Virus genome (UHGV): UHGV-0332176 | Source of the DNA: a virus | Reading direction: 5' to 3' (one strand) | Length of the DNA: 64,000 nucleotides | In this document: positions 54,209-64,000 of the stretch, piece after piece | How the letters are laid out: each line of letters opens with the position of its first letter | How positions within the stretch are numbered: the stretch's first letter is position 1 | Made by a program: the position numbers and the translations under genes | The notes under the pieces: generated by a model | What the model was told of the DNA's origin: nothing | Seen by the model: the letters and a program-made list of their open reading frames with translations, nothing else | The model's database searches: none

Positions 54209-54406
54209 TTAAGTGATGCTTTTTGCTTTTGCTTCATTAATTTTTTTATCATAATCAGTTTTTAATTTTATATATCTTTCTCTTAATTTATAGGGCATTC
54301 CATATAATTCTTGTAATGTTATTTGACCATTAGAATATATTTGTATATTTAATAAAGAATTTTCAATTTCATCTCGTTGTTTATCTAAACGCTCAATAAA
54401 TTCCAT
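54209..54406 (-). CDS. Small hypothetical protein (65 aa)
   Basis: Intact ORF. Confidence 0.45.
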   Translation of the reverse strand: MEFIERLDKQRDEIENSLLNIQIYSNGQITLQELYGMPYKLRERYIKLKTDYDKKINEAKAKSIT

Positions 54407-54426
54407 AACTTGTTCATCATTGGAAT

Positions 54427-55365
54427 TTAAGAGCTTAAACCGAAAAAATCAGATTGATTAAATCCATAAAAAACATCTTTCCATTTATAATTACAATAAG
54501 GACATATATACTCTAATTCTTTTGGTAATCCAATATCATTCAATTCTTTAATTTTTGTATGTATTTCACTAACAAATGATGCACTTGAATTAGATACAAA
54601 TTCATAAATTAAATTTTTATCATCAACAAAACTACCATCTGGTAATTCAACTTTTTTTATACCATTTGTAACAATTTTATTTCCAATTTCACTAATATTC
54701 ATATAAATTCCAGAAACAGTTGAAACAAATTCTTTTCTATCATTTTCAGTCTGATTATCATTATCAAATTTATAATCTTTAAATTGTTTTAAAATAGATT
54801 TTTCTTTAAAATTTAATAAATTAAATAAATTCTTATCTTTTGTTGTATTTGGACTAATATAAATTTGTAATCCATTTTCTGCTTTTATTATATATTCTTT
54901 CTCTAATAAAGATATTTGTTCTAAAATTTCACGGCAAGAATATGTAAACATTTGAGGATGGAGACAAATTCTATTTTCTTTTTCTAATTTTGTTATTTCT
55001 TCAGGTTTATCTTTTAATTGTTCTTTAATTTCTAAACAATGTGGACAAGTTATTTCTAATTTTAATTCATCTCCATATGTTGCTGCCTTAATAGCTAACA
55101 ATAACACATTTAAATCAGGATATAATAATAATTCTGGATTTGAAATAGCTGGAACACAAGATTTAATAACATCTATATTTGCTTGACCTGACAATAAAGC
55201 ATCAGGATTAATAAGAGTTAATTCATCTTTTGGTAACATTGGATATACTTCAACTTCTTTTAATGGATTTAATTTAACAATATCAGAAGTATACCAATTA
55301 CCGTCTGATGGTAATTTAACTGAAAGTTCTGCTTTACGTGCATAATCAAGTAATGGATTATTCAT
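54427..55365 (-). CDS. Hypothetical protein with two CxxC pairs (CPHC...CPYC), structural-module position
   Basis: 312 aa; exact late promoter TATAAATAAAAT upstream. Confidence 0.6.
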   Translation of the reverse strand: MNNPLLDYARKAELSVKLPSDGNWYTSDIVKLNPLKEVEVYPMLPKDELTLINPDALLSGQANIDVIKSCVPAISNPELLLYPDLNVLLLAIKAATYGDELKLEITCPHCLEIKEQLKDKPEEITKLEKENRICLHPQMFTYSCREILEQISLLEKEYIIKAENGLQIYISPNTTKDKNLFNLLNFKEKSILKQFKDYKFDNDNQTENDRKEFVSTVSGIYMNISEIGNKIVTNGIKKVELPDGSFVDDKNLIYEFVSNSSASFVSEIHTKIKELNDIGLPKELEYICPYCNYKWKDVFYGFNQSDFFGLSS

Positions 55366-55392
55366 ATTATCTCCTTTTAAACATTTTATTTT

Positions 55393-55400
55393 ATTTATAT
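55393..55400 (-). promoter_or_regulatory. T4-late-type promoter TATAAATA (minus strand)
   Basis: Plus tatttata; extended match TATAAATAAAAT identical to the tRNA-Leu promoter context. Confidence 0.5.
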
Positions 55401-55423
55401 CAAAAAAAATTTAAAAAAACAAT

Positions 55424-55449
55424 AAAAAAGGAGTTTAAACTCCTTTTTT
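55424..55449. terminator. Terminator palindrome aaaaaaggagttt/aaactcctttttt downstream of the giant ORF
   Basis: Perfect 13-bp palindrome. Confidence 0.65.
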
Positions 55450-58400
55450 ATTGTTCAAAATATTCTAATATTTTTTGAATAACAATTGCACTTTCAGTAT
55501 TCAAATAATCATATTTTGTTTGATTACCAATGAAAATTGAATCATCTCTTAAATCATATTCACCATTCCAGAAATTTAATGTTACATTAAATCCTTCAGC
55601 AACTGTAATTTTACTTCCACTTGGAACAGTTGATTTAGTAAATGGTAATTCATTACTTAAATATTCAAGAGTATCATTGCTTCCTGTTTTTAATCCTAAC
55701 ACAATAGCAGGAGTTGAAACACCAGAAACTAATGAAAATGTAATAGGATATTGATTAAATCCTTCTCCTGAAATATCAGGAATATAAATTTTAACGTTAT
55801 TAGCAAAACTATTTTTCATATAAGATGCATCTAAAACGCCATCTTTTGTAATATTAATACCCATATAATCATAACTATTCCATAAATCATCAGTAACTAT
55901 AAAATCAGATGTTCTTGGTTTTTCATCTCTATACCAATTAGGAACATTATTTTTTAATTCGGCATCTTCCATATAAGTATATAAAGATTCAGATACATTA
56001 ATTGTACCATCCTGCAAACCAACTGTATGGAAAATTGGTGAATTTCCTTGCATACCTTCATATTGTTTTAATATCCATTTACCATCAGAATATATTTTAA
56101 CAATATCTCCTGATTCAAAATGATATTCTTCAAAATGTTCTTGTAAATCTATTTCTGATTCAAATGTTGCTCTTGGAGTTATCATTGGAATTGAATCGTC
56201 AGCATATAAATCTTTATATGTCCAATATTTTGAAACGTCATATGTTTGATATTTTATTAACGTATAATCATTTAAATTATCCATTCTCCATAATGTCCAA
56301 ATATTATCATAAACTTCATCAGTTTTTACTAAAATATTTTTTCCAATTAATGCAGTATCTTCACTTGAAATCATCTCTAAATGAGTATCAAATGAAAAAT
56401 CATATTCTGGATATGGTTCTTTACTTAAAAAGATATTATTAAATTCTGTTGAACCAACATCAATATCAGATAAGACATCACGAGTATTAAAAATATGATT
56501 TAAAATATCAACTAAATTTTGTCTTGCTCTAACAATATTTTCAAACATTGTTTGTCTTGGTCTAATATATATACCAATTTTATTTCTTGGTAATAATTCT
56601 GGGTCAGGAACAGTTTGTCCTAAACTATCATATCCAACTAAACTTGCTTTCATTTTATCCCATAATGAATCAGGAATTTCAGCATCAGTATTTTCTTTAA
56701 CTAATACCCATTCTTCGTGTTCAGTTACATCATTATCACCTAAGAAATTTAATTGAATAACAAAATCTCTACCTGCATTTAATGTATCAAAATTACCAAC
56801 AATCATTGAACTATATTGAGTTTCTCCATCATATGCATATATTGGAGAATACCAAATAACTCCTTCATCTTGTGGTGAATTAATTATTTGTGAAATATAT
56901 AATGCACTTGTATGTCTAAATGAAACATTTGGTATACTTGATGGATTCTTTACCCAATAATAGTAATAAATTTCATTCTTTTCAGTAGCTTTATTATAAA
57001 TTTCTTTTTTAACATAAGAAGTTACTGTTTGTGGAAGATTAATTGATTTAGTCCATTCCATAATAGCTATTTCTGAACCAGGCATTTGTTTACCCCAATT
57101 ATTTCTTCTATAAGTAATATCTCCTTGTGAATAATCTAAATATTTAACTTTTGAAATATCCCACCATAATTGACCAACTTTATTATCTCCCCAAGTTGAA
57201 TAATTATTATAATCAGCAGGGTCTTGGGCAATTATATAATTTACTTCTTTTAATAAATTATTTGGAATAATACCTTGAATTGGGTCAAATGGTTGAATAA
57301 TTGCCATTGTTTTATTATTATCATCGTTTACCATATAACAAGATTTAATTTCTTTAATATTAATTTTTCTATTTTGTAAACGATATAATGAATAAGTTTT
57401 ATCAATAGTTGGTTTATAATCTATATCTGTTTCTATTTCATTATAAACTTCACCTTGTTGTTCATCAATAAATTTAAAAACTGACCACGCCATTTTATCA
57501 ATAATATTTTGTGAATCATTGATTAAATAAGAAGGGTCATATATTTTCTTTAAATTATCAACATTATTAATAACATCTCTTAAAACATAAATTAAATCAC
57601 CAATCTCTAAATGAGTTTTATCAAAAGAATATACATCAGAAATTTTATTAACAACCATTGAAATATAATCATCATCAGATATTTTCTTTCTAATATCCCA
57701 ACCTTGATTTGTTTCAGCAAAAGATACCCAAACTTTTTCTCCAACTTTCATATTTTCAAAAGTTGTCTTAAAAGTTGCTTCATTATCTACTATATAATTT
57801 GTTTCTCCAATTTGTGCAAATCCTGCTGTTGGATAAAATTTAAAATCATTTGTGAAATTAAATTTATTTTCAGATTTATTCTCTTTTTGCTTTAACCAAT
57901 CTTGATTATTCCAAGTAATATCAACAATTGAACTATTAGCTTTAACATTATCAGCAGTTGTAAATGAAATAATTTGAGGGTCTTGAGTAATTAAATCTGG
58001 TTGAATTTTTAATTCAATTACTGAACTATTTGATGTATATCCAAATTCTCCAATTTTAAATGCCCAGTTTTCAAATAATTCTATTTCATTATTTTCAGCA
58101 TCCATAATATAAGTTGAACGATTTAATTTACCAAATGAACGTTTTGTTCCTTTTTCTTTTAGTAATCCTTTATAGAAATCAAATATATTTCTATCATCAA
58201 TTAAAAGTCTTTCCATAGATGGTAATTTTTGAAAACCTATTGTTCTTTTAGCATAATCACCAAATACACCTTGTGAACGTACATCATCTGTATTATAAAA
58301 ATATTTAAAATCATTAGCTAATTTATCGTAGTTTGGATATGCTCCATCTTTATCAATTAAATAACCTGGTGCAAAATAAGTTCCATTCCATCCATCAACT

Positions 58401-61400
58401 TTAATTCCTAAAAGTTTTAATCTTTGAGCTTTAATACAAAGTAGTGGGTCATAAATAACATCACCATAAATTGTTTGATTATCAAATAAAATGATATGTT
58501 CATTTTCAATTTCTTTAATTTTTAAACAAGTAACGGCTTTATCTAATGACATTATATAAGTATCGCCATCTTTACGATATACATCTAAATCCTCGTTAAA
58601 AATTGGTAATGATGCAGTATTTAAAATTGACCAATAACCATTTATATATTGTCCAACTTTATCAATAAATGCATCGTGAAAAATACCAATACCATCAGCA
58701 CCAGGATTTAACATAATAATAGAATCAATATCAATTTGAGTTGTTGTCCACAATAAGAAATCTCTTGATTTACTTCTAAAATTAATAATTTCTCCATTTG
58801 CATCTAATATATTAAAATACCAACCTTCAACATCCTCTAAATATTTTCCATACCCATTAATAACATTATAAACATCTTGAATTGAAGAATATACTGTTTT
58901 ATAATTTACTTTTTGAAGATTATCTGTCCATTCATTATAATAAATAATATTTCTTCCTGAAATATTAACAGTTGACTTTTTACCATTATATTGAGGAACT
59001 TTAACTATAAAATATGGTTTTTCATAATCAAATCCATCAATCATATATCCTGATTCAACTTTTTGAATAACAATAGCTGAATAAGAATATTGTTTATCAG
59101 TAATAGTTTTATATAAATCTAATTCATAATTTTGTGATGGAATTACTCCAAAATTATCAGATAATATTTTAATACTATCATACTTATAAAAGCCTGCACA
59201 TTTATATGATAATTTCATAGAAATATCACGAATAGATTTAGCAATATAATTTGTTATATCAACATTTTCGTGTAATAAAAAGTCTGAAATCCATTGTTGA
59301 ATACCTATTTTTTGAACATATTCATTATCAATATACTCATTATGCATAATTATATCAGAAGGTGAAGGACGTTTACCTAAATCATCATAAATAATTTGTT
59401 CATATGAAGTATCTTTAAAAATTGTTTTAATATTTTTAGTATCCCAATTATTTTCAACCCATTCTGTTGGTCTCATCATATATAAAATTGTTTGTATTGA
59501 ATATCTATATTCAGATGTATACATCCAAGCGAATTCCCAACGACCTATATCACCAACTTTCCAAGATTGTTTAGCATAATATGGAATTGGTGCATTTAAA
59601 ACAATACCAATTTCAACTGGATTTAATAATTCACCATTTTCATTAACTGGTAAATACTTTTCAATTAAATTTGGACGTTTTAAAAATTCATATATACCTT
59701 TTGATTCACCATCAGCAACATATCCATTTTCAATATCTTGCCACATAGGTAAATTTGAAGATGTATAAGGAGCAGAACCATAATGGTCTTCCCACCAAGA
59801 TGGTTGTGAACCAAAACCTAACATTTCCCAAGGATGTGTATGTGGTCTATAAGTATCATAATAATATATATAAATTGATTTATATGAACCATATAATTGT
59901 TCACCATCCGCATCTACACAAGTTGAATAATTCCAACTAAATGGGTCATTTTGGTCAAAACCATCATTAATAGTGTAGTCAACTCCTTTATCTTGACACC
60001 ATTTTTCAAAAATTGGAGTTAAAAATTCTTTATATTCAACTTGATTATAATCTGTTGTTCTAAATTTTCCTGGTATATATTCCAATTTATTATATGAAGG
60101 CAAACTATTTTTAAACTTATCTAAAATAGAATTGTAAATTGCTGTTTCAATTTCTATTAAAGCATTATCACGATAATCATTAAATAACATTTGATATGAA
60201 CCATCGTGGCATAATAATACTTTTGGTTTATTAGGATTTTCTTCAAATGTAATAATTTGTGGTTTATAATAAGAATCTAAACCTAAATATGCAGGAGTTG
60301 CTGGAATATAACAATCTCCATATTCAGATGCAACTCCATTATTATAAAATGAATCTAATCCTTCCTTACCTAGATTAATTTTATTTAATGCACTTTGAAC
60401 AATTTTTTTAACATCCGTTTCTTGAGTTACGTGTGAAATTGAACCACTTGGACTTACAATATCAACTGTTTCAAATTCATCATATTCACCATTATTACTC
60501 ATTGTTGTAATAATATTTTTAAATTTAGTTTTAAATTTAGTATATTCATTAGTTATATATGTTAAAACAGTTCTAATATTAGAAAATTCTCTTGAATTTA
60601 ATAACATTGTTTTAAGTGCTGGACTTTCGTGTTGTAAAATTTCTGTACCTAATGATAAATCTTTTTTTGTATTATTATAATTATTATTTCCTGAAGAATT
60701 ACCACTAAATGCACTTTGGTTTTCAATGATACTTCTTAATTGGTCAAAACATTCATTATAATTAATTTGTGAAATATCTTCATTCATCGCATTTGATGTT
60801 ATTGTTAAAGGCAAATCATAAAAATAACCATCAGCAATTGTATTAGTTAATTTTTTAACTAATAATTTAATATATAAATTATCATCTGCATTTAAAATAC
60901 TTGTTTCAGAAATCATAAGTTTTTTATTTTTGATAATATAATCTGTACCATCATTTAATAAAACACCATTTAAATAAACAAAAGATGATTTTTTATTTGA
61001 AACTTCATCTGGCTGATATGCTAAATTAAATACAGTATATTTAACATCATCAATTATTTCATAAATTTTATTATCTGTAACAGTTATTTCAGTTGTAATA
61101 TATTGTGTTGTTGTATCTTTAGATATATACCAGTTATTTAAATATATATCTTGACCATTTAATTTAAAAAATTTAAAACCTTCATAATCTTTTAATATTG
61201 TATAATCATAATATGTAAAAGTTTGAGTTCTAATTATATTATCAAAAATGTAATTTCCATAGCCATCAGTAACAATTGCTTTATTTAAATCTTCATCAAT
61301 TGTTGCACCAGAATCATCAGTTGTAACATAATCAAATAATTTACTACCTTTAAATGATGATTGATTGTAATATAATTGATTATCTAATGCATTTTTTTCA

Positions 61401-62809
61401 TCATCATAAAGTTGAAATAAAGGTGATTGGTTAACACTAACTTTTTGTTGTCCAGTTACCCATTCTCCATTATTATAGTAATAATAAACACCTGCATAAC
61501 GTCCTTTACGAACAGTTATACCTTCTCCTTCAACTGGTGAGCCATCAGTTGATAAACCATTAATCACAGGTTGTAAAATAACAGTATTAATAGATGAAAC
61601 ACCTGATACTTGATAAATTCTATTATTAGACATTTCATCAGAATCACCAGTAATTAAAACAGTCATTCCATCTTTTAAATCAACACCTTGAATAGGTTGA
61701 GGAACAATACCATTTAAATCATTTTTTCTTGTGTTAACAATTAAATCTACAAATCCTCTATTATATGTGCCATAATTATATAATTGAATATCTTTATTAA
61801 AGCATAAAATTGGTTTTTTAGCTTGAATATATTGAATTTTACGTGTATTATCAGTATATTGAATATTTTCAAATTCTCCAAAAGTTTTAACTTTAATAGT
61901 TAAATCCATATCAGCATAAATCATTGTATCATCAGTCATATCTTCAGGAGAAGAATTTGTATAATATAATACATTATTACTAATTAATTGATATATAATT
62001 GTATTTTCAATTTTATCTAAAACAGAACGATGAAACCATCTATTTCTTAATGACCACGCATTACCATCAATAGCTCCTCTTTCCATTACATAATAATCAG
62101 GCATTTTTGATGTTGAAGAAAGAATTTCACTATCATTAATTAATTGTATTGATTTTCCAACACCTTCAACAATAAAAGGAATATTATTATATTCTGGATT
62201 TTCATCATTAATAAATAAAATTCTCATACCTGATGAAAAATTAATTGTTACTTCATTTTCATTTTCATCTACACCTTTATAAGTATAATTTTCTTTACCA
62301 ATAATATCTGTTACAGCATTAGTTTTAGATAATAATTCAACTGGTGGCTGTCCATCTTCAACCCAATAATAAAAATTATAATTTAAAAACATATCAACAT
62401 TAATTGGCGGACACCAAGACCAATATGTATCAGATAATAATCTATTTTGGTCATTAATTTCACAACCTTGTAATTTTAATGTATTTAAAAAATTACTAAA
62501 ATCAACAACTGAATTATTTGATTCTAAAGAAGTATCATTTGGATTAGTTGTTACTAATACAGGCGATAATTGATATGTTTTTCTTTCACTTGATGGTTCA
62601 GGAAGATAAAAATCTCCTTCTTCTAAAGCTACAGACTTTTTACCAATATATCCGTTAATATAACTTTCATATGATTTTTGAAAAAATGGATTTAAAACAT
62701 AATCAATATATTTGCTAATTAATCTTCTATTTGAAAATTCTGCTGGAAAAATTTCTTTTAAATCTTTTTTAACAATTTGTTTAACAGAAGTTGATTCATT
62801 AATTGCCAT
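55448..62809 (-). CDS. Giant virion protein (2453 aa), probable tail fibre/baseplate-associated
   Basis: Uninterrupted 7.4-kb ORF heading the minus-strand structural block; Asn/Tyr/Trp-rich beta-type composition. Confidence 0.75.
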   Translation of the reverse strand: MAINESTSVKQIVKKDLKEIFPAEFSNRRLISKYIDYVLNPFFQKSYESYINGYIGKKSVALEEGDFYLPEPSSERKTYQLSPVLVTTNPNDTSLESNNSVVDFSNFLNTLKLQGCEINDQNRLLSDTYWSWCPPINVDMFLNYNFYYWVEDGQPPVELLSKTNAVTDIIGKENYTYKGVDENENEVTINFSSGMRILFINDENPEYNNIPFIVEGVGKSIQLINDSEILSSTSKMPDYYVMERGAIDGNAWSLRNRWFHRSVLDKIENTIIYQLISNNVLYYTNSSPEDMTDDTMIYADMDLTIKVKTFGEFENIQYTDNTRKIQYIQAKKPILCFNKDIQLYNYGTYNRGFVDLIVNTRKNDLNGIVPQPIQGVDLKDGMTVLITGDSDEMSNNRIYQVSGVSSINTVILQPVINGLSTDGSPVEGEGITVRKGRYAGVYYYYNNGEWVTGQQKVSVNQSPLFQLYDDEKNALDNQLYYNQSSFKGSKLFDYVTTDDSGATIDEDLNKAIVTDGYGNYIFDNIIRTQTFTYYDYTILKDYEGFKFFKLNGQDIYLNNWYISKDTTTQYITTEITVTDNKIYEIIDDVKYTVFNLAYQPDEVSNKKSSFVYLNGVLLNDGTDYIIKNKKLMISETSILNADDNLYIKLLVKKLTNTIADGYFYDLPLTITSNAMNEDISQINYNECFDQLRSIIENQSAFSGNSSGNNNYNNTKKDLSLGTEILQHESPALKTMLLNSREFSNIRTVLTYITNEYTKFKTKFKNIITTMSNNGEYDEFETVDIVSPSGSISHVTQETDVKKIVQSALNKINLGKEGLDSFYNNGVASEYGDCYIPATPAYLGLDSYYKPQIITFEENPNKPKVLLCHDGSYQMLFNDYRDNALIEIETAIYNSILDKFKNSLPSYNKLEYIPGKFRTTDYNQVEYKEFLTPIFEKWCQDKGVDYTINDGFDQNDPFSWNYSTCVDADGEQLYGSYKSIYIYYYDTYRPHTHPWEMLGFGSQPSWWEDHYGSAPYTSSNLPMWQDIENGYVADGESKGIYEFLKRPNLIEKYLPVNENGELLNPVEIGIVLNAPIPYYAKQSWKVGDIGRWEFAWMYTSEYRYSIQTILYMMRPTEWVENNWDTKNIKTIFKDTSYEQIIYDDLGKRPSPSDIIMHNEYIDNEYVQKIGIQQWISDFLLHENVDITNYIAKSIRDISMKLSYKCAGFYKYDSIKILSDNFGVIPSQNYELDLYKTITDKQYSYSAIVIQKVESGYMIDGFDYEKPYFIVKVPQYNGKKSTVNISGRNIIYYNEWTDNLQKVNYKTVYSSIQDVYNVINGYGKYLEDVEGWYFNILDANGEIINFRSKSRDFLLWTTTQIDIDSIIMLNPGADGIGIFHDAFIDKVGQYINGYWSILNTASLPIFNEDLDVYRKDGDTYIMSLDKAVTCLKIKEIENEHIILFDNQTIYGDVIYDPLLCIKAQRLKLLGIKVDGWNGTYFAPGYLIDKDGAYPNYDKLANDFKYFYNTDDVRSQGVFGDYAKRTIGFQKLPSMERLLIDDRNIFDFYKGLLKEKGTKRSFGKLNRSTYIMDAENNEIELFENWAFKIGEFGYTSNSSVIELKIQPDLITQDPQIISFTTADNVKANSSIVDITWNNQDWLKQKENKSENKFNFTNDFKFYPTAGFAQIGETNYIVDNEATFKTTFENMKVGEKVWVSFAETNQGWDIRKKISDDDYISMVVNKISDVYSFDKTHLEIGDLIYVLRDVINNVDNLKKIYDPSYLINDSQNIIDKMAWSVFKFIDEQQGEVYNEIETDIDYKPTIDKTYSLYRLQNRKINIKEIKSCYMVNDDNNKTMAIIQPFDPIQGIIPNNLLKEVNYIIAQDPADYNNYSTWGDNKVGQLWWDISKVKYLDYSQGDITYRRNNWGKQMPGSEIAIMEWTKSINLPQTVTSYVKKEIYNKATEKNEIYYYYWVKNPSSIPNVSFRHTSALYISQIINSPQDEGVIWYSPIYAYDGETQYSSMIVGNFDTLNAGRDFVIQLNFLGDNDVTEHEEWVLVKENTDAEIPDSLWDKMKASLVGYDSLGQTVPDPELLPRNKIGIYIRPRQTMFENIVRARQNLVDILNHIFNTRDVLSDIDVGSTEFNNIFLSKEPYPEYDFSFDTHLEMISSEDTALIGKNILVKTDEVYDNIWTLWRMDNLNDYTLIKYQTYDVSKYWTYKDLYADDSIPMITPRATFESEIDLQEHFEEYHFESGDIVKIYSDGKWILKQYEGMQGNSPIFHTVGLQDGTINVSESLYTYMEDAELKNNVPNWYRDEKPRTSDFIVTDDLWNSYDYMGINITKDGVLDASYMKNSFANNVKIYIPDISGEGFNQYPITFSLVSGVSTPAIVLGLKTGSNDTLEYLSNELPFTKSTVPSGSKITVAEGFNVTLNFWNGEYDLRDDSIFIGNQTKYDYLNTESAIVIQKILEYFEQ

Positions 62810-62880
62810 CTTTATTATCCTTTAATATTCATAATAATATTTATGAAATCCAAATGATGAATTTCATAGTATAAAATAAT

Positions 62881-62888
62881 CATAAATA
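62881..62888 (+). promoter_or_regulatory. Late-promoter-like CATAAATA upstream of the tail-tube-like gene
   Basis: 7/8 match to TATAAATA, ~50 nt upstream of ATG 62940. Confidence 0.3.
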
Positions 62889-62939
62889 CAAGTAGAAACA
62901 ATTTAATAAATATGTTTATACAGATTAATGGAGAAAATT

Positions 62940-63548
62940 ATGGTAGATTATGTAAATACTCTTTCTAAGTTCGGTACAAAATTAGCTGACCGAAATCAAA
63001 GAACTAAATTTAATCACTTAAAAACTCGTTATAGAGTTACTTTTGAAGGATTTGCTGCACCTATTGGTGGTGAAAATATTACTATGGATATGAGAAGTTT
63101 TACAACACCAAAAGGAGCATTTGAAGAACAAGTTATTGAAACAGTTAACGGTCCAATTTATTATCCAGGTAAATGGACTTGGGAAGCAACAAACTTTACT
63201 GTTTATGATTCTTATGATAATATGAATTATAAAGAATTATATCGTCAAATTCAATTACAAAGAGATTTATCTGAACAAGTTACTGGTACTGTTTCAGAAA
63301 ACTACAAATATACAACATTATTTGAATATACCGATGGTCACCAAAATGCAATTGCAACTTGGGTAATGGAAGGTTGTTGGTTAATGCAAGCTCAACCTGA
63401 AGATGGTGATAATGGTAATCACGAATCAATGTTAATTAACTGTTCACAACGTTTTGATAATGCTTGCTTATATGACTATGATGGAACATTAATTACTGGT
63501 GATGGTGCTGTATCAACCTTAATGTCAAAAGTTTTAGCTTACAATTAA
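62940..63548 (+). CDS. Tail tube protein family (T4 gp19/gp48/gp54-like)
   Basis: RSFTTPKGAFEEQVIETVNGPIYYPGKWTWEATNFTVYD parallels T4 gp19 ATALPAGIVEKIPVGFMNRKINVAGDRTFDDWTVTVMN. GC-rich codon usage. Start placed at ATG 62940 (RBS GGAGAAAATT) rather than 62928. Confidence 0.65.
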   Translation: MVDYVNTLSKFGTKLADRNQRTKFNHLKTRYRVTFEGFAAPIGGENITMDMRSFTTPKGAFEEQVIETVNGPIYYPGKWTWEATNFTVYDSYDNMNYKELYRQIQLQRDLSEQVTGTVSENYKYTTLFEYTDGHQNAIATWVMEGCWLMQAQPEDGDNGNHESMLINCSQRFDNACLYDYDGTLITGDGAVSTLMSKVLAYN

Positions 63549-63550
63549 TA

Positions 63551-63580
63551 AAAAAGAGAGGTTTAAAACCTCTCTTTTTT
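63551..63580. terminator. Bidirectional terminator (aaaaagagaggtt-taaa-aacctctctttttt)
   Basis: Between convergent genes. Confidence 0.7.
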
Positions 63581-63974
63581 AATATCCTTTTACTTCCCAA
63601 TAAAATGGAACTGGATAACTACCATTCCAACTATCTAAATTAGATGCCCCAGTTCTAACCATAAAAGTTGAATTTGTTTTATTTCCTACTGATAAAAAAC
63701 GACCTGTTAAATTTGAATCGTGAGCATATTGACATTGTATACTATAATTAATATTATTATAAGATTTTAATAATGTAACTGTTTCATTTGAAGATGGATT
63801 ACTAACATATCCACCTTGTTCAATCCAACCATCGCTCCATATCTTATACCATTGTGTTCCTGAATGATATTCTTCAATAATATGTTTCATTGAATTAAGA
63901 TTATTGGATACTTCTTCTAATTTATCAAGTAATCCATTGATTCTTTCCATATCTATTTTACTTATATCAGCCAT
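63579..63974 (-). CDS. Paralogue of 17696..18082 (coiled-coil N-terminus + WYKIWSDGWIEQGG motif)
   Basis: 131 aa; RBS AGGGGA; conserved motif shared with the other copy. Confidence 0.6.
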   Translation of the reverse strand: MADISKIDMERINGLLDKLEEVSNNLNSMKHIIEEYHSGTQWYKIWSDGWIEQGGYVSNPSSNETVTLLKSYNNINYSIQCQYAHDSNLTGRFLSVGNKTNSTFMVRTGASNLDSWNGSYPVPFYWEVKGY

Positions 63975-64000
63975 CATTTATCCCCTTTGTTTGTATTTAA

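Noticed and set aside
54186-54215. Weak hairpin aagca-N11-tgctt after 52740..54143
   Set aside because: Only a 5-bp stem with a long loop; too weak to call a terminator confidently.
55530-59940. Four short plus-strand ORFs (74, 92, 63, 61 aa)
   Set aside because: All antisense within the 2453-aa ORF.
1-64000. CRISPR arrays, rRNA genes, integrase/transposase or attachment sites
   Set aside because: No regularly spaced direct repeats, no rRNA-like conserved stretches, and no tyrosine/serine recombinase or DDE transposase-like ORFs seen; consistent with a strictly lytic T4-like genome segment.

Overview
Reading the translations and motifs by eye (no searches run), this window looks like a segment of a very AT-rich (roughly 25–30 % G+C, not computed) T4-like myovirus genome, of the Tevenvirinae/Straboviridae type. 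It is densely coding, mostly on the minus strand. It has one T4-type head-morphogenesis block in T4 order. Reading 5'->3' on the minus strand: portal (gp20-like), a small ORF, an acidic core protein, prohead protease (gp21), scaffold (gp22), major capsid protein (gp23-like). Other virion genes are a giant 2453-aa ORF, a beta-helix tail fibre/tailspike and a gp19-like tail tube. T4-type replication genes are present: gp61-like primase and gp41-like helicase. Accessory genes include a complete GroES/GroEL chaperonin pair, a Gre-factor homologue, a thioredoxin-fold protein, an M15 peptidase (endolysin candidate), an HNH endonuclease + BCS1-like AAA+ ATPase pair, and a LuxR-type pseudo-response-regulator next to the tail fibre. 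There is also a beta-class amino-DNA methyltransferase with a possible cognate nuclease. The most unusual region is a tRNA processing/repair island at the left end, positions ~800–7500. It carries five tRNA genes in two clusters that share a conserved T4-late-type promoter; one of these tRNAs has a Cys anticodon and U73 on a type-II (long variable arm) scaffold. These flank an RNA 2'-phosphotransferase (Tpt1/KptA), a calcineurin-like metallophosphoesterase and a Thg1-like 3'-5' nucleotidyltransferase. Two promoter classes recur: sigma70-like TTGACA-N16/17-TATAtT and T4-late-like (T/A)ATAAATA. Many strong bidirectional Rho-independent terminators are present, including an exact 37-bp repeated terminator/RBS cassette. 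No CRISPR array, rRNA, integrase or transposase was seen.
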